Notes: generated from the sequence alone by a model not told the origin. DNA of 63,716 nt, filler included, from Octopus bimaculoides (GCF_001194135.2; 11 parts of 9 records of this genome joined end to end with filler, not necessarily neighbours in it); one strand, 5' to 3'; counted from the first letter of the whole stretch, positions 10,438-25,140 are shown. Numbers and translations are program-made.

Positions 10438-11123
10438 ACATGAATATTTCTACAATTCATTTTCCATATTAAACAAAACTATTCACATAACGAAAGTACC
10501 AAATGGCTGGAGGTTAAACAGTTTGTATTCTGTCAGAGCAGTTTCTCAGTATCTCTGACAGAAAATTTAAAATCGCAATTGCTTTATTACGATCCACTGC
10601 TGCGAGCATCTGAAGATACTCTCAGTGTATCTTGTGTACAATCAACAAGTGTTTTGGTAGCCTAGAGTACTGAGCGACAATCCTAAATATGAGAAGAGAA
10701 ATTGTGTGAACAACACCGTATGCTGTCTGAAATCAGTGCAAGAATACCATTAATAATCGAGTAATCAATACATACATACATACGAGATGTGCAATAGTGG
10801 AATTCATTTGCCCAGAAGAAGCAAAGTTGATGTTGAAGATTAGTGAAAAAGGAAGAGTAAATAAGTAATAAAGACATCATTGCTGAACTAATTAGAAATC
10901 TGCAACAAACTTCATTTTGTTTAATAAGTCCCCGTTTTTATGAATAATTATTGGGGTACGCGGACGTGTAAATAGCTATTTCATTATGAATAGTACCGAA
11001 ATAGGGGAGTTGGGCTTCACAAATCCAGAGACAACACACATAATTAAAAAAATTATAGCCAGTCATGATCCGCAGTGTGAGAATACGGTGAATATTCCAG
11101 AAATTTAACGTACAATGGGTGCA

Positions 11124-11193
<70 letters not shown>

Positions 11194-11449
11194 ACACACA
11201 CACTTTCTATCTATCTATCTATCTGTCTGTCTGTCTGTATGTATGTATGTATGTCTGTCTGTCTGTCTGTCTGTCTGCTTGTATGTATGTATGTATGTCA
11301 GTCTGCTTACAATTATATGTACATGCGTTTGAAATGAAAACATTAATGTACACATATAAGACGAAACAAAGATTCATACGTGCAATGCTATCTACGTAAG
11401 TGCGCATGTATACATGTGCTCTCAAACATTCGTACATACATAGTTACAT

Positions 11450-12320
11450 GCAGGAGGAAGGAATGGAGTATGGGGATGCGCCGAACAACTTTTCACAAAC
11501 AGAGCTGTACTGTCTAAAGTGGAAAAAACACAGTAGGAGCCTTACAACAGTATGGCTTAATTGTAGGAAAGCATTCCACTCCATTCCCCACACATGGTTG
11601 TTGAAGTATCATTTGGTAAAAGTGTCTGCTACCTTAATTGCTGCCATTGAAAGGTTCACAAAGACCTGTGCATCAATTTTTCATTTAGAACTGAGAGCGG
11701 GACAATCGTCTCCGATATTATAAATATTTCAAAGGGAAAATTTCAAGGAGATAATCTTTCAGTAATTCTGTTCATTTTGGCATTCATTCCATTATTATTC
11801 CTGCCACAAGAATCAAATGGCTATATGCTAGGGTCTGCAGGTGCTAGAGTTTTTATTGTAACCCATAATTTCATTTTTATGTTAAAAATTTTAATAATTT
11901 AATAATGACCTGGATGTAGTGGTCATGAGTCCAAGAGAGGATTGGCATACCATAAGAAAAAAAAGAAAGAAAATGACCATGCACGGGTATGTTTCCCGAG
12001 GACTTTAAGCAGACAGGAATGTCAATATGAAGCGCCGTTTCATGTCGATATTGGACTCGAGACCACTACATCACACTTCGAATGTTGTGCATTCGCAATT
12101 CAGAAACAGAAGATTGCTGCGAAATACATATTAAACAATAGAGGCAGTAAAGCCCTTGCAACCAAAAACGTAGATTATGTCATATTTCTGAGGACGACAT
12201 CTTGCATGTCATTAGCAGCTGCCCAAAAATATCTTCAAAGTTCTACCTCCCTATGCGACATGACTTTGTCGCAAAAATAATGTACAATGCCATTCGGGAA
12301 ACAAAACGACTGTCCTGAAA
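11450..12320 (+). mobile_element. Heavily decayed RLE-type LINE, different subfamily, internally deleted
   Basis: Remnants read CRKAFHSIPHTWLL (cf. KAFDSIPH) and FQGDNLSVILFILAFIPL (RT), then SHFE..FAIQKQKI and RLCHISEDDILHVISSCP..RHD (knuckle). Confidence 0.75.
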
Positions 12321-13360
12321 TAAATATTGAGCATACACCTGTTATTGAGTGCATACACAAATATCGTAAATCTAAAATAATTTTCATGTTTTAACTATAG
12401 GTTTTTGTTTGTGCGTATCATCATAGGCACAATGAGTTACATAACAACAGTTTGGTATAAAGCTTGTTAATTCTATGATTGTCCAATTTTATCGCATTAT
12501 GATAATTTGTAAGACATTTCATAAATTCTCAAACTGAGCTACCTGGAATGAACATATACACACCTGTGCAAATGGAATACATACATATGGAATACATACG
12601 TATATACTTATATACGTATGTTCGTGGGTACAAGCATACAAACATATAAACATATATACATATTAAGTAATCACACTCGCATTCTTAAGAGACATTTTCA
12701 CCTATTGGATGATTGCAAGTATATCCATACATACTTCACATATAAGTATGCATTAACTCACAAATACCTGGAATTATCTTCACTAAAACAAAATCGCTTT
12801 CTCACTTTGTTGGCAACCGGTGTGAATTTCACGAAAACCATCGCCTAGATTCTCGAGAAAACTATCACGTAGATTCCACAAAAAAAAAAAAAATGTACAT
12901 ATAGCCTTACATATCTGCATGTATGAATATGTTTATAAGTACTTACATATGTACATCAGGACTAGATACAGGCAAGAAAGACAAATGTATCAACATCAAC
13001 GTTAAATATTATATAAACAACTTTGAAACTTACTTCAAAGATGTCAGCAAGCTGTAAAAAGAAAAAATAACATCGGGAAAAGAACAAATAGTTGGATACT
13101 GGTGTTATACGTCGCTTTTCTACAGAAAACCTGATATTCAATGTATATTTAACTCTTTTGATGCCAACTCACGCGAGACTGTCCCTGATTCCATGGATCA
13201 AATTTCCTTTCTTAAAGTAATCCAAATAAATGCCTTCCAGGAAAATATCGTGTTAATTTATGTCCAAACGTAAGCTTAATAATGACAGTTATTTTATTAA
13301 ATTCTTTATTATTTTCTAAACGAATTTAAACAAATCAATGTATTCCAAGGAAGTCTAGAA

Positions 13361-13549
13361 CAGTTGTTCTCAACCCTTTTAATATAATATCTTATTATAT
13401 TTATATAGTTAAACATAGAATTGCATAGAAAAACTGTTAAAATATTTTGTGTATTGTAGAAGTATAACTAATTTATTGTACATAAACTTCAACAACAAAA
13501 TCTGATATGGACCCACGAAAGTCATATGGACTCTGGTTGAGAACCACTT
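13361..13549. mobile_element. hAT (Charlie-like) MITE
   Basis: TIRs CAGTTGTTCTCAACC / GGTTGAGAACCACTT. The 8-bp TSD GTCTAGAA / GTCTAGAT has the TCTAGA core preferred by Charlie elements. Confidence 0.8.
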
Positions 13550-14414
13550 GTCTAGATAAATACACTAAATTAGCTTTCAAAGCGTGGACAATCTTGTTGC
13601 CAAGAATGGAAACACTGGCTTGCTTAAGCAATATGAATAAAGTTTACACAAGGGTTTTAAGCCTCCAGAACCATTGCAATTCAGCGAAGCAAGCTGGAAA
13701 GAAGTGAATGTAAGATGTGTACCAAACGACCTTTAAATAAATAATGCTGTGGTGTCTGAAGGAAGAGAATACCACGGAGAACTGGTGACTATGGAAGTCG
13801 ATTAAAAAAATGTATTCGATGACACTCCCTGTTCGTCGTTACTTGGATCAAAACGTTAAGGAAAAGAGCCTTTGCAAGGCATACAAGTATCATGTAACCG
13901 TAAGTGGAAAGGTTATCAACGGTGTTACAGTGTTACAAATCCTTCAAAATGAATATTCCAAGAACTTCTGTTCATTTGACATTAACTTTAATAATATCTT
14001 TTACAAAATTCCAGTGGTTTTATTTTAGGGTCTACAAAGTGAGGATGCCTCGCTGGCGGCATGCTGTCAAACGTAACTCATATGTAACACGCTGTCTAAA
14101 CTACTATACAGGGCTGAAATATTTACTGAAGGTAGAACGCAAACTAGAAAATAATATTGTATGAAGAAAAACTAATATCCTTTAGAGGCTTAAGTAAATT
14201 AATTAAATATACTGGTAGGGTCAGAATAAAACCGAAACACATCCACGACTAGAATAATTCTTTGTATCGAAAGAATAATAAACGATTGTTCAGTAGTTTT
14301 GAATTTTTAACAGCAATAATTCCTAATTATTTTTCGTTTTTTTGTTGCTACTATTTTATCAAGAATTTGCATATCTTCTTTGTTACGATTATATGTATTT
14401 AGTATGTAATATAT

Positions 14415-14785
14415 TTCCAATTCTTTATCTTTTACCTGTTTCAGTCATTGTTCTGCAGTCATGCTAGGGCACCGCCTTGAAGGTTTTAGTTGCAGAAATC
14501 AATCTTACTTTGTAGTTTGATACTTATTCTATCGATCTCTTTAGCTGAAGCTATGTTATGAGAACGGAAGCGAACCAATACCGGTTGCGAAGCGGTGATA
14601 GGACAGACACAAGCACAAAGACACATTCGCACATACACAAACATACGCACATATATAAGTTGGGATTCATAGTTTCCGTCAACCAAATTCACTCACAAGG
14701 CATTAGACTATAGCAAAAAGCTCATGTCCAAGATGCCGTGGGACTTAACCCCAAACCACGTGACTGCATATTAAACTACCTATGC
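14415..14785 (-). mobile_element. SINE family A, near full length (tRNA-like head, internal microsatellite, conserved 3' half)
   Basis: Head and tail match copies at ~5398-5545, 19655-19810, 22437-22520, 23335-23530, 23715-23920, 27205-27365(-), 37130-37230, 40320-40440(-), 50110-50270(-) and 52080-52210(-). Heads carry A-box-like TGGCTGTGTGGT and B-box-like GGTTCAGTCC. Confidence 0.75.
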
Positions 14786-14849
14786 GATCTACAAATGATT
14801 ACAATGCTTTAGAGATGGCAGAAGAGTCTGATTTGGAAAGTCTACGAAA

Positions 14850-15510
14850 AGTAGATAGCTCGGCAGTTGATACCCGATGTGCATGAGGGAGTTGTGGAAG
14901 CCTACTCTGATTTTCTGGAAGCATTTGAAGCCAGTTGAAGGCAGTTTTTTTTCCGATCTGGTGGCAAGAGTTGAAACGTAGAGGCAAATGAAGGCTCACT
15001 TTATGCAATGGAGTCACATCTCTTCTCCAAGATCAAAGTTCAAGATGGAGCGAAAGTAACGGTAGCTGTGTTTTAGGATGACAAGTGTGACATTTCTTCG
15101 AATTTTGGAACGTGACTGTACCATGAATAGCGAGTAGTACATCCTAGACACTCAAAATGCTTGGCAAAGCCACAAGGAGGGAAAACTCAAACAAGAATCT
15201 AAAAATGATTCACATTGACCATGACAATGCATGACCACCCGCATCAGCAAAAGAGGCAGTTAGCAAATTAGGCTGGTCAGTGGTCCCCTGTCAATTGTAC
15301 AGTCCAGATCTGACACGGTCCGACTTCCACTTGTTCGGTCTAACGAAGTACAGTCTTCGTAGACAAGGATAGTCAGGGTCAAAATGGCTGTAAAGTAGGT
15401 ACGACATGTACATACAATCGTACTACCTGAAATAATTTCATGGAAAATGTAAGTTGGGCTCAACGACGGTGCAAATGCATAGCTTGTGATGGTGAGTAGT
15501 ACCTTTGTAT
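14850..15510 (+). pseudogene. Highly decayed mariner transposase fragment
   Basis: Remnants read MQWSHISSPRSK..KVTVAVF*D (cf. KVMATVFWD), HDNA*P, YSPDLTRSDFHLFG and QRRCKCIACDG. Confidence 0.75.
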
Positions 15511-16287
15511 AGATGAAGTGTTATTCTACTTGTTGGTGCAATTTAAACAATCTGTGTCAGTTAATAAAAAATTACGGTCACTGTTGCTATAACTCTTGTA
15601 TATTATATTATATTATAATTAAACTCACCAACAAAATGTTTTCAACTCTTAATCCCCACGTAGAAAAAGGTAGATTAAAGGAAAAGTTTACTATTTCATG
15701 CCTAAATTATTATGTGGGATGCTTGTAACTTCACTCTAAAACTATAAGCCCGAAATTAATAGTATTAAAATCTTCGTTTTCTGCACTAACGTAGGAGGTC
15801 ATGGCTTGTAATAAGCAAGGGAAATGGGATCTGTAAGTTTTATGATAGCTATTTTAGTATCCCCTGTTGTTGAATTAACTTTGTCGTTTATCACTCCGGT
15901 AGTTAGTAAAACAAGATTCTTCAATATAATAGGAACAAGAAAGTAGTTAGCTTTAAAAAAAAATCGATATCATTTATAAACGTGTAAATGGATCAACGAC
16001 ACATTAGTAAGTTCTTCGGGAGGTAAATCTACAGAATAATTTCCCCAAGCTAGATTGTATATTGTTCCCGATTTTCCAGTTTGTGTTGGAAATAATTGGT
16101 TTCTCGAATTGCTGAAATGTCCCTCGTGGTTGTTGAAGATATTCACCTGCTGGTAGTTACTTTCTGAAAGAGGGCTTTAGCATGGAATAAGATTTTTGAT
16201 TACGCCAGCTATTCTATGCAATCTCTAACATCATCCTTATTTTGAACAAATTTCGATAGACGGCAACTATGAAAATGTCGGTAGCTT

Positions 16288-16341
<54 letters not shown>

Positions 16342-19300
16342 GTATGTATGTATGTATGTATGTATGTATGTATGTATGTACGTCAGGCAGTTATGTTTCA
16401 TGTACTAATCTAACTATCTGTCATTTTTCCTTCGTCGATATATATCTGTTTCCACGGTTTTCACGTCAATGTTTACATGCTTACATTGACGCGGAAACCA
16501 GGGCACTTTGATCAAAGTACTTAGACATATTTGACATATACCAAGTTACAGACACTTCGTTGTCATCTTCCCCGCCAGAATTGCAGTAGACCAGTAATTG
16601 GTTTGTGGCAAACCTAAACAACAAGGTGAATTCTCGACATCTGTAGCATAAACTAACTAACTAACTAAATAAATAAATAAATAAAACGGAAAAGGAGTTT
16701 GAATCAAATGGCAAAATGCTAGACACGCACGACTGACTGACTCCACTCTGAAGTTGAAGGTTTCCAGATTGTTCTGATATTTATGCACGACAGATATATA
16801 AACTGAGATAATTTTACCTAAGTCTTCTGCTCATAAAAGGGGAAGAAAAAAAAGCAATCGCAGATTTTTGCAACATTGACAAAGGAACAGACAGTACAAC
16901 ACATCATCTACGCTGCTACGTTGCATTTATTTTCTCTATTACAAAACAATTCATGCATATTATAACTCGTACTGGAGAAATTGTCTGGTATATCATAACC
17001 CCCGATATTGTTAAAGTGCTTTGTTCGTGATTGTCGTAATTGATCAGGTTTTCATTGTGAAGAAGAGCAAAAGGCGTTTATGTTCTATTATTAGTGTTGC
17101 GTTATGCACCTAATAATGACTTATAAGGCTCAATAATCCGCATCACTTAGGTATTAATACGCACTTCAGGATTCTTGCTACTATTCTCAGTGAGCAATAG
17201 GAGTAGCAATGAGTGATTAATAAGGAATGATTTCTAAGAAATGAGTGATTTCTAAAGAATGATATACTTTAATCTTTTCAAATGAATCTAAAACTGAAAA
17301 GATGGGCTTCACCGGAGTGTCGTTCAACGGCAATCTAACCAACTGTAACAAACAACAAACAGAAGCGTTTTAAGGCGCTTACAATGTTTGCTTCGCAACC
17401 ACGTGACTCCGGGTTTGTTCCTACTGCAATTGCACAATACCGATGCATAGAAATCAGCTGGTAAAAACTGTGCGGAAGCCCACAGGAAATATGTAGGAAC
17501 AATTTCTTTTCTATTTTCGTTTGGCAAGAGAATAATAAAGTGAATTTACATTTGTTTTAGAGCTTCACACTGAAAGCTTTAAATACTGTAGTTTATCTAG
17601 TTTAAATTTTTCTCTGTTTTTAACCACTATGTGTTGTGCATAAATACTTATTAATTATATATATATATTTAATCGCGCAAGTGTATATATATATATATAT
17701 GTTCTAAATTTCAGATTCCAACCATAAATTGATTGCAATAGAAATATGGCATTGATCCGCCAGTTCATCAATCATGTTCAAAAGAAGATCAATTTTCATA
17801 TAATACAAAACAAAACCTGTCATAAAAGCATTAGTGAACAACATATTTATTCTCTACTGAATTCCCCGCAAAAATAAATAATTAATGATAGAAGTGTTAC
17901 CTATAATACAGCAAAGCACAAAAATAAACAGAAAGACATACATTAATAACAAGGAAAATTAAGGACTCGACTGAAGGTATGTAAATCTAACGATCAAATT
18001 TCAAATTCCAGTATTAACGCTTGCACGAATCTCATTGGCCTGCTTTCTATAAAGAGTCAGTCAAATAGGCCAACAACAACTCAGCCTCAAGATGAGCCAC
18101 GAAAAGTCTAAAAACTTCGATGATGGGTTTGCGAATTTTACTATTCTGAAGTCATATGAAAATACAAATAGTTATTACTCTACGAAAATCAATAAAACTA
18201 GAACAGAGTTGTATAATCAATACGTTAATACATGTCTAAAAAAGAAAGCCGTTAGCTGTATATACATATTTGTGTGTGCGTGCACATACGTATGTGTGTG
18301 TGAGTGTGCTTGTGTGTGTGCGAGTGAGTTTTTGTATGTGTGTGTGCGAGTGAGTTTTTGTATGCGTGTGTTTCTATATTTCATCGAGGTATATCGATCA
18401 AGAGAACCTATAAACTAGAGTACTTCAAATGAAGCCCTTTGTCGTATTTGTTCTGTCCCGAGGTACAGATACTTTTGTGTTAATCTCCCTGCGACATTCT
18501 ATAGACCAGTAACTGGCCTATTTTAAATTTGTAAGTAGTAACGATATTGCTCACTAATTTTCCATATAAGCTAACATACTTCACCAGCTGCCCGATATAC
18601 TTATTGGTTCCGAACATTATTACAAAAGTTAACATTATGGTATATCACAGGTACTTGGTTTATCGATTCCGACAAAGACGAAATCAAAGAATTCAGAACG
18701 GAGGGCTATATGATAAATACTAAAAGGCATTTAGCCCGAACCCCGATTGATTCTGATATTACAACCATATTCAATATAGACAGACAATTACAAATTCAGG
18801 TAGAGGGAGCAGTCTTGTTCTTCTTAGTACCTGTTTTATTATATAGCTGGCAGTTACATAATATATTTCGTTATGTAAGGAAGAAAAGCAAAAATGGATC
18901 ACTTTGGAATTTGAGGCCAGGACATAGAGAAACATAGCTGCATAGTGCATGAAAGCATAACATTTTTATTCGTTGTTCTTCTGATTCTATCTCCGGCCCA
19001 CCCTTGGCTCTGTTGTAATAATAGTATAAAACGAAGGATAATGTTGCTATCTAAATTTGGCTCAAATATACAAATTATGCAGAGAGAAAGGTAAAAATCA
19101 ATACAATCCACTCTAGAATTTATTCTATATTATGCGATTCATGCACTTGACTCTATTACTTAACAATTATTTGACTCAAGTACCTATGTCTTGTAATTAT
19201 TTCTATTACTTGATTCATGTACTTCATTCTAAATACGTCATACATCTGTAGTTCTATAAGGAGAGCTACGAGTCTTACAGAAACTCAATGGTATTTCGTA

Positions 19301-19514
19301 AGATATTTGTAAGTAGCTTTATCTCTCAATCCAATAAATACTTTATATATATGCAATACTCCATCAAATTTCTTCCGGATTAATTTGGAAGAAACTACAG
19401 TAAAATAGTATTCTTGAACTTGTTCGGAGTTGTTCATCATATACTTTATTATTATATTCATTTGCATGCATTGTAGTTTTTTATAGATCAGTGCAGTCAA
19501 CCAGTAAATTTATC

Positions 19515-19603
<89 letters not shown>

Positions 19604-19934
19604 ACCTGGCTGTCTGTTTACCTGCCTATCTGTCCGTCTATTTCTTTGTCTATCTGTGTGGTAAGAAGCTTGCTTCCCAACCGTATGGTTCCGGGTTCAG
19701 CTCCACTGCGTAGCACCTTGGGCAAGTGTTTTCTACTATTGCCTCAGGCCAACTAAAGCCTTGTGAGTGGAATTGGTAGACGGAAACTGGAAGAAGTCCG
19801 CTGTGTATATCTATCTATCTATCTATCTATATATNNNNNNNNNNNNNNNNNNNNNNNNNNNNNNNNNNNNNNNNNNNNTTAATTAATTAANNNNNNNNNN
19901 NNNNNNNNNNNNNNNNNNNNNNNNNNNNNNNNNN

Positions 19935-20232
19935 TGCTGGTGTCCCTGGGCTGGCTCTTGTGTGGGTGACACATGGGGTTTCTCGAGCGAGATGAGCATG
20001 GCCGTTGCCAGTACCGCCTGACTGGCCTTCGTGCGGGTGACACGTAAAAGCACCCACTACACTCTCTGAGTGATTGGCGTTAGGAAGGGCATCCAGCTGT
20101 AGAAACTCTGCCAAATTAGATTGGAGCCTGGTGTTGCCATCCGGTTTCACCAGTCCTCAGTCAAATCGTCCAACCCATGCTAGCATGGAAAGTGGACGTT
20201 AAACGATGATGATGATGATGATGATGATGATG
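19935..20232 (+). mobile_element. RTE 3' UTR with (GAT)n tail, near-identical to 4620-4860
   Basis: About 230 bp align almost base for base with the 4.6-4.86 kb copy. Confidence 0.85.
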
Positions 20233-20459
20233 ATAATAAAATTTATTTTAATTTGTTATATTTTCTCTTGACCATACATTTTGTTTTTGTTAACATATTG
20301 AAAAATTAGATAATATGAAATATGTTGCTCAAATTTAGTTCACCTTCTTTAACATTAAATAGATTATTAATTTTTTTTAAGGGGTGCAAAGACGTTGTAA
20401 AAAATGTTTAGGAGTGCAGGCAAAACAAAAGGTTGGGAACCACTAATCTAAAGCATCTT

Positions 20460-21510
20460 CCTTACCCTTGTAGCATCTGACTATGATGCTGCTACACCAT
20501 TAGTGGATGACAATATTCCTGAATAACCTGATTAACTATACAGGTTACTAGACCATATCCTACACCTCAAGATATTTAAAGCATGTCAACTTTTCCTCTC
20601 TTCATATCCTTAATTGCCTCATCTAACATACTGCAGTCAAGACAAAAATCTAATCCCTCTGTTGGGTTTACATAGAGGAGATTCCCTTTCTCCCTTCCAT
20701 TCTCCACATCTAATAGCTTTTCATAGAAGCACTTCCACACCTCTTTCTATTTGGGGTCACTGAGAGCAAGCATACCATTATCTCTCTGTAGGCACTTCTC
20801 TCTGACACACTGTCTAGCAATTCAGACTTTGATCTTCCTTTCTGTGTCTGCCCTTGCTAGATAAACCTGTTGCCTAGCTTCCCACTTGGCCACCTGATAT
20901 AGATCTTTGCTGCCTCCATTTCTCCACTCTTTTCAAACCAGTCCCTTTGCTTGTAAGGCCCTGTTTACTTCACTGTCCGATCATCAAGTCATTCTCCATC
21001 TGGCATAGATTTTGTCCTAGCCGCAGATTTGGTCTGCAACCTTCAGAAGGTTGTCCGTTAAGAACTTCCAGTCATCCTCTATTTTATACACATCACAACC
21101 TCCTCCGCTTTCTCATTAAATGCTTTAATCAGAATGTTTATAAACCCCTGACTGTTTGATGGATCTTTTGAGCTTCCATAACTTCCTTTTCTGAACTGCT
21201 TTCTGTCCCTGTGTCTATCTAGTCCAAAGTCTGAAGTTGCTAGCTACTAACTTATGTTGTGTTGTACTTTCCTCACTGGGAAAGGACCTTTGCATTTGTA
21301 AGCATCTGTCTATATATGTTTCTGGTGAGGAAGTAGTCAATCTGGCTGAAATACCCAGCAAATAGATAAGAGATTAGATGGCTGACTGGTTTCCTGAAGT
21401 TAGTGTTGTAGACTAACAAGTCATTTGCCTCACAGAACTCCAGAAGCCTTGTTCTATCTTTGCTTCGAGTGCTAAAGCTGAAACTTTCATGCACACCATA
21501 AAATCCATTA
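20460..21510 (-). mobile_element. Decayed RTE LINE fragment (AP endonuclease to pre-RT linker)
   Basis: Minus ORF 21273-21494 reads RLLEFCEANDL..NTNFRKP..SQIDYFL (APE C-terminus). Confidence 0.8.
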
Positions 21511-22539
21511 GTGTCTTGTCACCACCACACACACACACAGAGTTATTGCTTTTGTGTGTATGTGTACAAAGCATTAATGTGTGAGCATTTAAACAAGAGA
21601 ACGTAGGAGATTACCGGAATGGCCAATGGGATCTTCAGACCTTGAAATAGCATCAAACTTGGTGTGTGCAGAGGCCATCCTTGCTAATAAGCCAGCATGA
21701 TAGCGTGTTGCCACCTTCACCAATTGCTCCCACTGATCTGCTACAGCCAACTTCAAAGCCATGCAGATAAAGGTTATTTATTTCTTTTTACCTCATTTAA
21801 ATGAAATGCAAACATGACACTAACATCACACACACATAATGCGCATACATATACATTATTGGTTGACCATTGACTGACCTGAATTTATACACTGTGATTA
21901 TGTTTTATGTATACATACGTAAATACATACATATATGCATACATACATACATACATACATACATGCATACATACAGACATATGTATATACATAGTATGTA
22001 TGTATGAGTGTATGTATGTATGGTGTAGGGATGAATGGATGGGTGGCTACATTAGTGTATGTATGTAAGTATATTCACATATACATAAAACACAAAAAAC
22101 ACATAATTTAAAGCTCACGTATGCACAAATACATAGATGTACAAATAGATGAATATATACAAACAACCATATACACTTATTCTCCACAAAGACATTTACA
22201 AATATATTCATGTATAGTTGTGTACAGTTGCATGCATCACTACACAGACAAAATAAATATAACAGGAAATAGGTAACAAAAGTAAACATTTCTTGGGTGA
22301 GTGCTTGATAGGTAAATGGGTAAAGATTGAATAATTAAATAGATTCCTAAATAAATAGGTAGATGCATAAATGAATAAATGAGGAAATTGAAGGAATAAA
22401 AAAATAAGATAACGAAAATGGTTGTGGCTGTAGGCACAGATGTGGCTGTGTGGTAAGAAGCTTACTTCTTAACCACATGGTTTTGAGTTCAGTCCCACTG
22501 CATGGTACCTTGGGCAAATGTCTAGTGGCATCTCTAAGT

Positions 22540-23330
22540 CTCTCTCTTTGCAGCATCATTATATGCAAGTGAGCCATTATCCATGTGGACACATTTCTCT
22601 CCTGTGACATCATGATTGTCTCTCTCACACACTGTCTTGCAATTTGAAGTATGTCTAGTCTCTGGTCCTCACGATGCAGAACATTGACAAATCTCTTCTT
22701 TTCTGCTTCCCCTCTGGCTAAGTAAACCTGTCTCTTAGCTTCCCTTTTGGCTATCTGATGCAGTTCACTGCTGCCACCACACTTCCAGTCTGTCCAGGCC
22801 TGCTTCTTTTCCCTAATGGCTCTGTCAACTATATTGTTCCATCAGCATGTCGCCTTAGGTCGAGACAGGGATTTTGCACCAGCCACAGATCTGGTCAGTA
22901 GTCCTCAATAGTTTGTCCTGTAGGAACCTCCAGTTGTCCTGTAGGAACCTCCAGTTGTCCTCCACATTACATGTCGGTATATCCTCCTCTTTTTAGTCAA
23001 ATGCTTCAAGTATTACGTCTCTAAATCTCTATCTATTCAGAGGATCCTTAAGTTTCCAGACCCTTCTTTTCCACACTGGTTGTCTTCTGGATAGCCATTT
23101 AGCCCTGATCCTGAAGTTGCTAACAACTAATCTATGTTGTGGAGTGCATTCTTCACCTGGGAAAGTTTTGGTATTTATAAGCAGCCATCTTTCTCATTTC
23201 CTGGTGAGAATGTAGTCAATCTGACTAGTGTGGCCACCACTAGTGTGGTACTGGAAGGTGAACAGGTGACTGGCAGGTTTCCTGAAGTTAGTATAACAGA
23301 TCATAAGATCATTTGCAGTGTGTGTGTTTC
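22540..23330 (-). mobile_element. Second decayed RTE fragment of the same region
   Basis: Minus strand reads AIREKKQAW..GGS..IAKREAKRQVYLARGEAEKKRF. Homologous to 20760-21450. Confidence 0.75.
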
Positions 23331-23551
23331 TTAGTGTTTGTGATTGTTCCCTTTCACCATCTGACAACTGGTGTTGGTTTGTTTATGTCCCCATAACTTA
23401 TTAGTTCAGCAAAAGAGACTGACAGAGTAAGTGCCAGACTTATGAAAATAAACAGTGGGGTCAATCTGACTAAATCCTTTAAGGCAGTGCCCCAGTATTA
23501 CCACAATCCAATGACTGAAACAAGTGAAAGACAAAAAGAATAAAGATGTAT

Positions 23552-23627
<76 letters not shown>

Positions 23628-25070
23628 ATGAGTTTGTGTGTGTCTTTGTGTGTGTATGCAAGTGCATGTATGAGTGTGTGTGTGCTTGTGTGTGTGTGTG
23701 TGTGTGTGTGTGTCTTTGTCTCTGGGTTTGTACCCCATCACCACTTGACAACCGGTGGTGTGTGTTTACGTCCTCATTACTTAGCAGTTTGCCAAAAGAG
23801 ACCGATAAAATAAATACAAGGCTTAAAAAATAAAAATACTTGGTCAGTTAATTCGACTAAAAATTCAAAGCAGTGCTCCTGTATGGCCACAGTCTAGTGA
23901 CTTAAGTAAAGAATAAAAGATTACTAAAGATTATACATTGAGTTCTATATCTCATTTGTTCTACCAGGCCGAAACATATACATGCATACTCTCTTCTGAC
24001 TATCCATTCCTTTTCTCCAGACTTCGTTACACTTTCTAACGAAGAGCCATTCTTAGAACGTCATATTTTTACTTTTAATTTCCCATTTAAAACCTCCCGA
24101 GCGTCAGGCTAATAAATTCATTGTGTACGTCCATTTGGCTTTAGTTGCTTTTGTTTTTGAAGTCACCCTTCGTCACCGATTTACGCACATCCATCCATTC
24201 ATAAGAATTTTTATAAAATTCCGAGTGATCGTGAAATAATTCTTTTTTGGAACTGTGAATCTTGGAGCATATAAAGCTACAGATAATAAGATATAAATAT
24301 TGGGTTGAAAAACCCTTTCAGAGAGAAAAAGTCGATGGCTACCTTTGGGACATGAACCCACATATCTTGTAGACATGAAAAGCATTTTACTGTTGTCCGC
24401 TCCTGTCCCCCGGGCAGCCTTTGACTTTTCCTATTCATAAGGACTTTTCAATTCAATATATACATGCTATGATTTATGAATTTATTAGATCTATGTGCTT
24501 CGAGACACATTATTCCCAAAAAGTAATGAACACGCACACGCACACGCACACGCACACACATACATGCGCGCACGCGCACACAATATATATAATGCAGAAA
24601 CAAACAGTACAGTATTTCTTATCTACTTCACACTTTCAATATTTTTATATTGTCTTCCTAATCTACTTAGTTACGAAAGTATCCATCCCTGTTCTCTAAG
24701 TTTTAAACCTATACAGAACGAAAACAGTACAACAAATATTTTCACATAGTTTATTATATCACTTTGTGCTATCCATAGTTTACCCTCGACCCTATACAAC
24801 CACGATAACACTTATTTTAGTTTCCTTGGAGAAGTCAAGTGTAGTGATCGGAACGACTCTTTTATCAGGTAAGTGATTTTTTGTTATGGTAACAGCTAAT
24901 AACAGTTCTTGTTTTAAGCACCATCCATTTACCCGTCCATCCATCCATCCATCCCGCACTCCGGCCGTGAAAATCCTGAGAAAAGATAAGCTCTAAGTCA
25001 TGTTTAATTTATTGTCCTGGTATTCGCAGCCTCTGAGTCATTCTTTGTCTCCCAACAACTGTCGCCAAAT

Positions 25071-25140
<70 letters not shown>

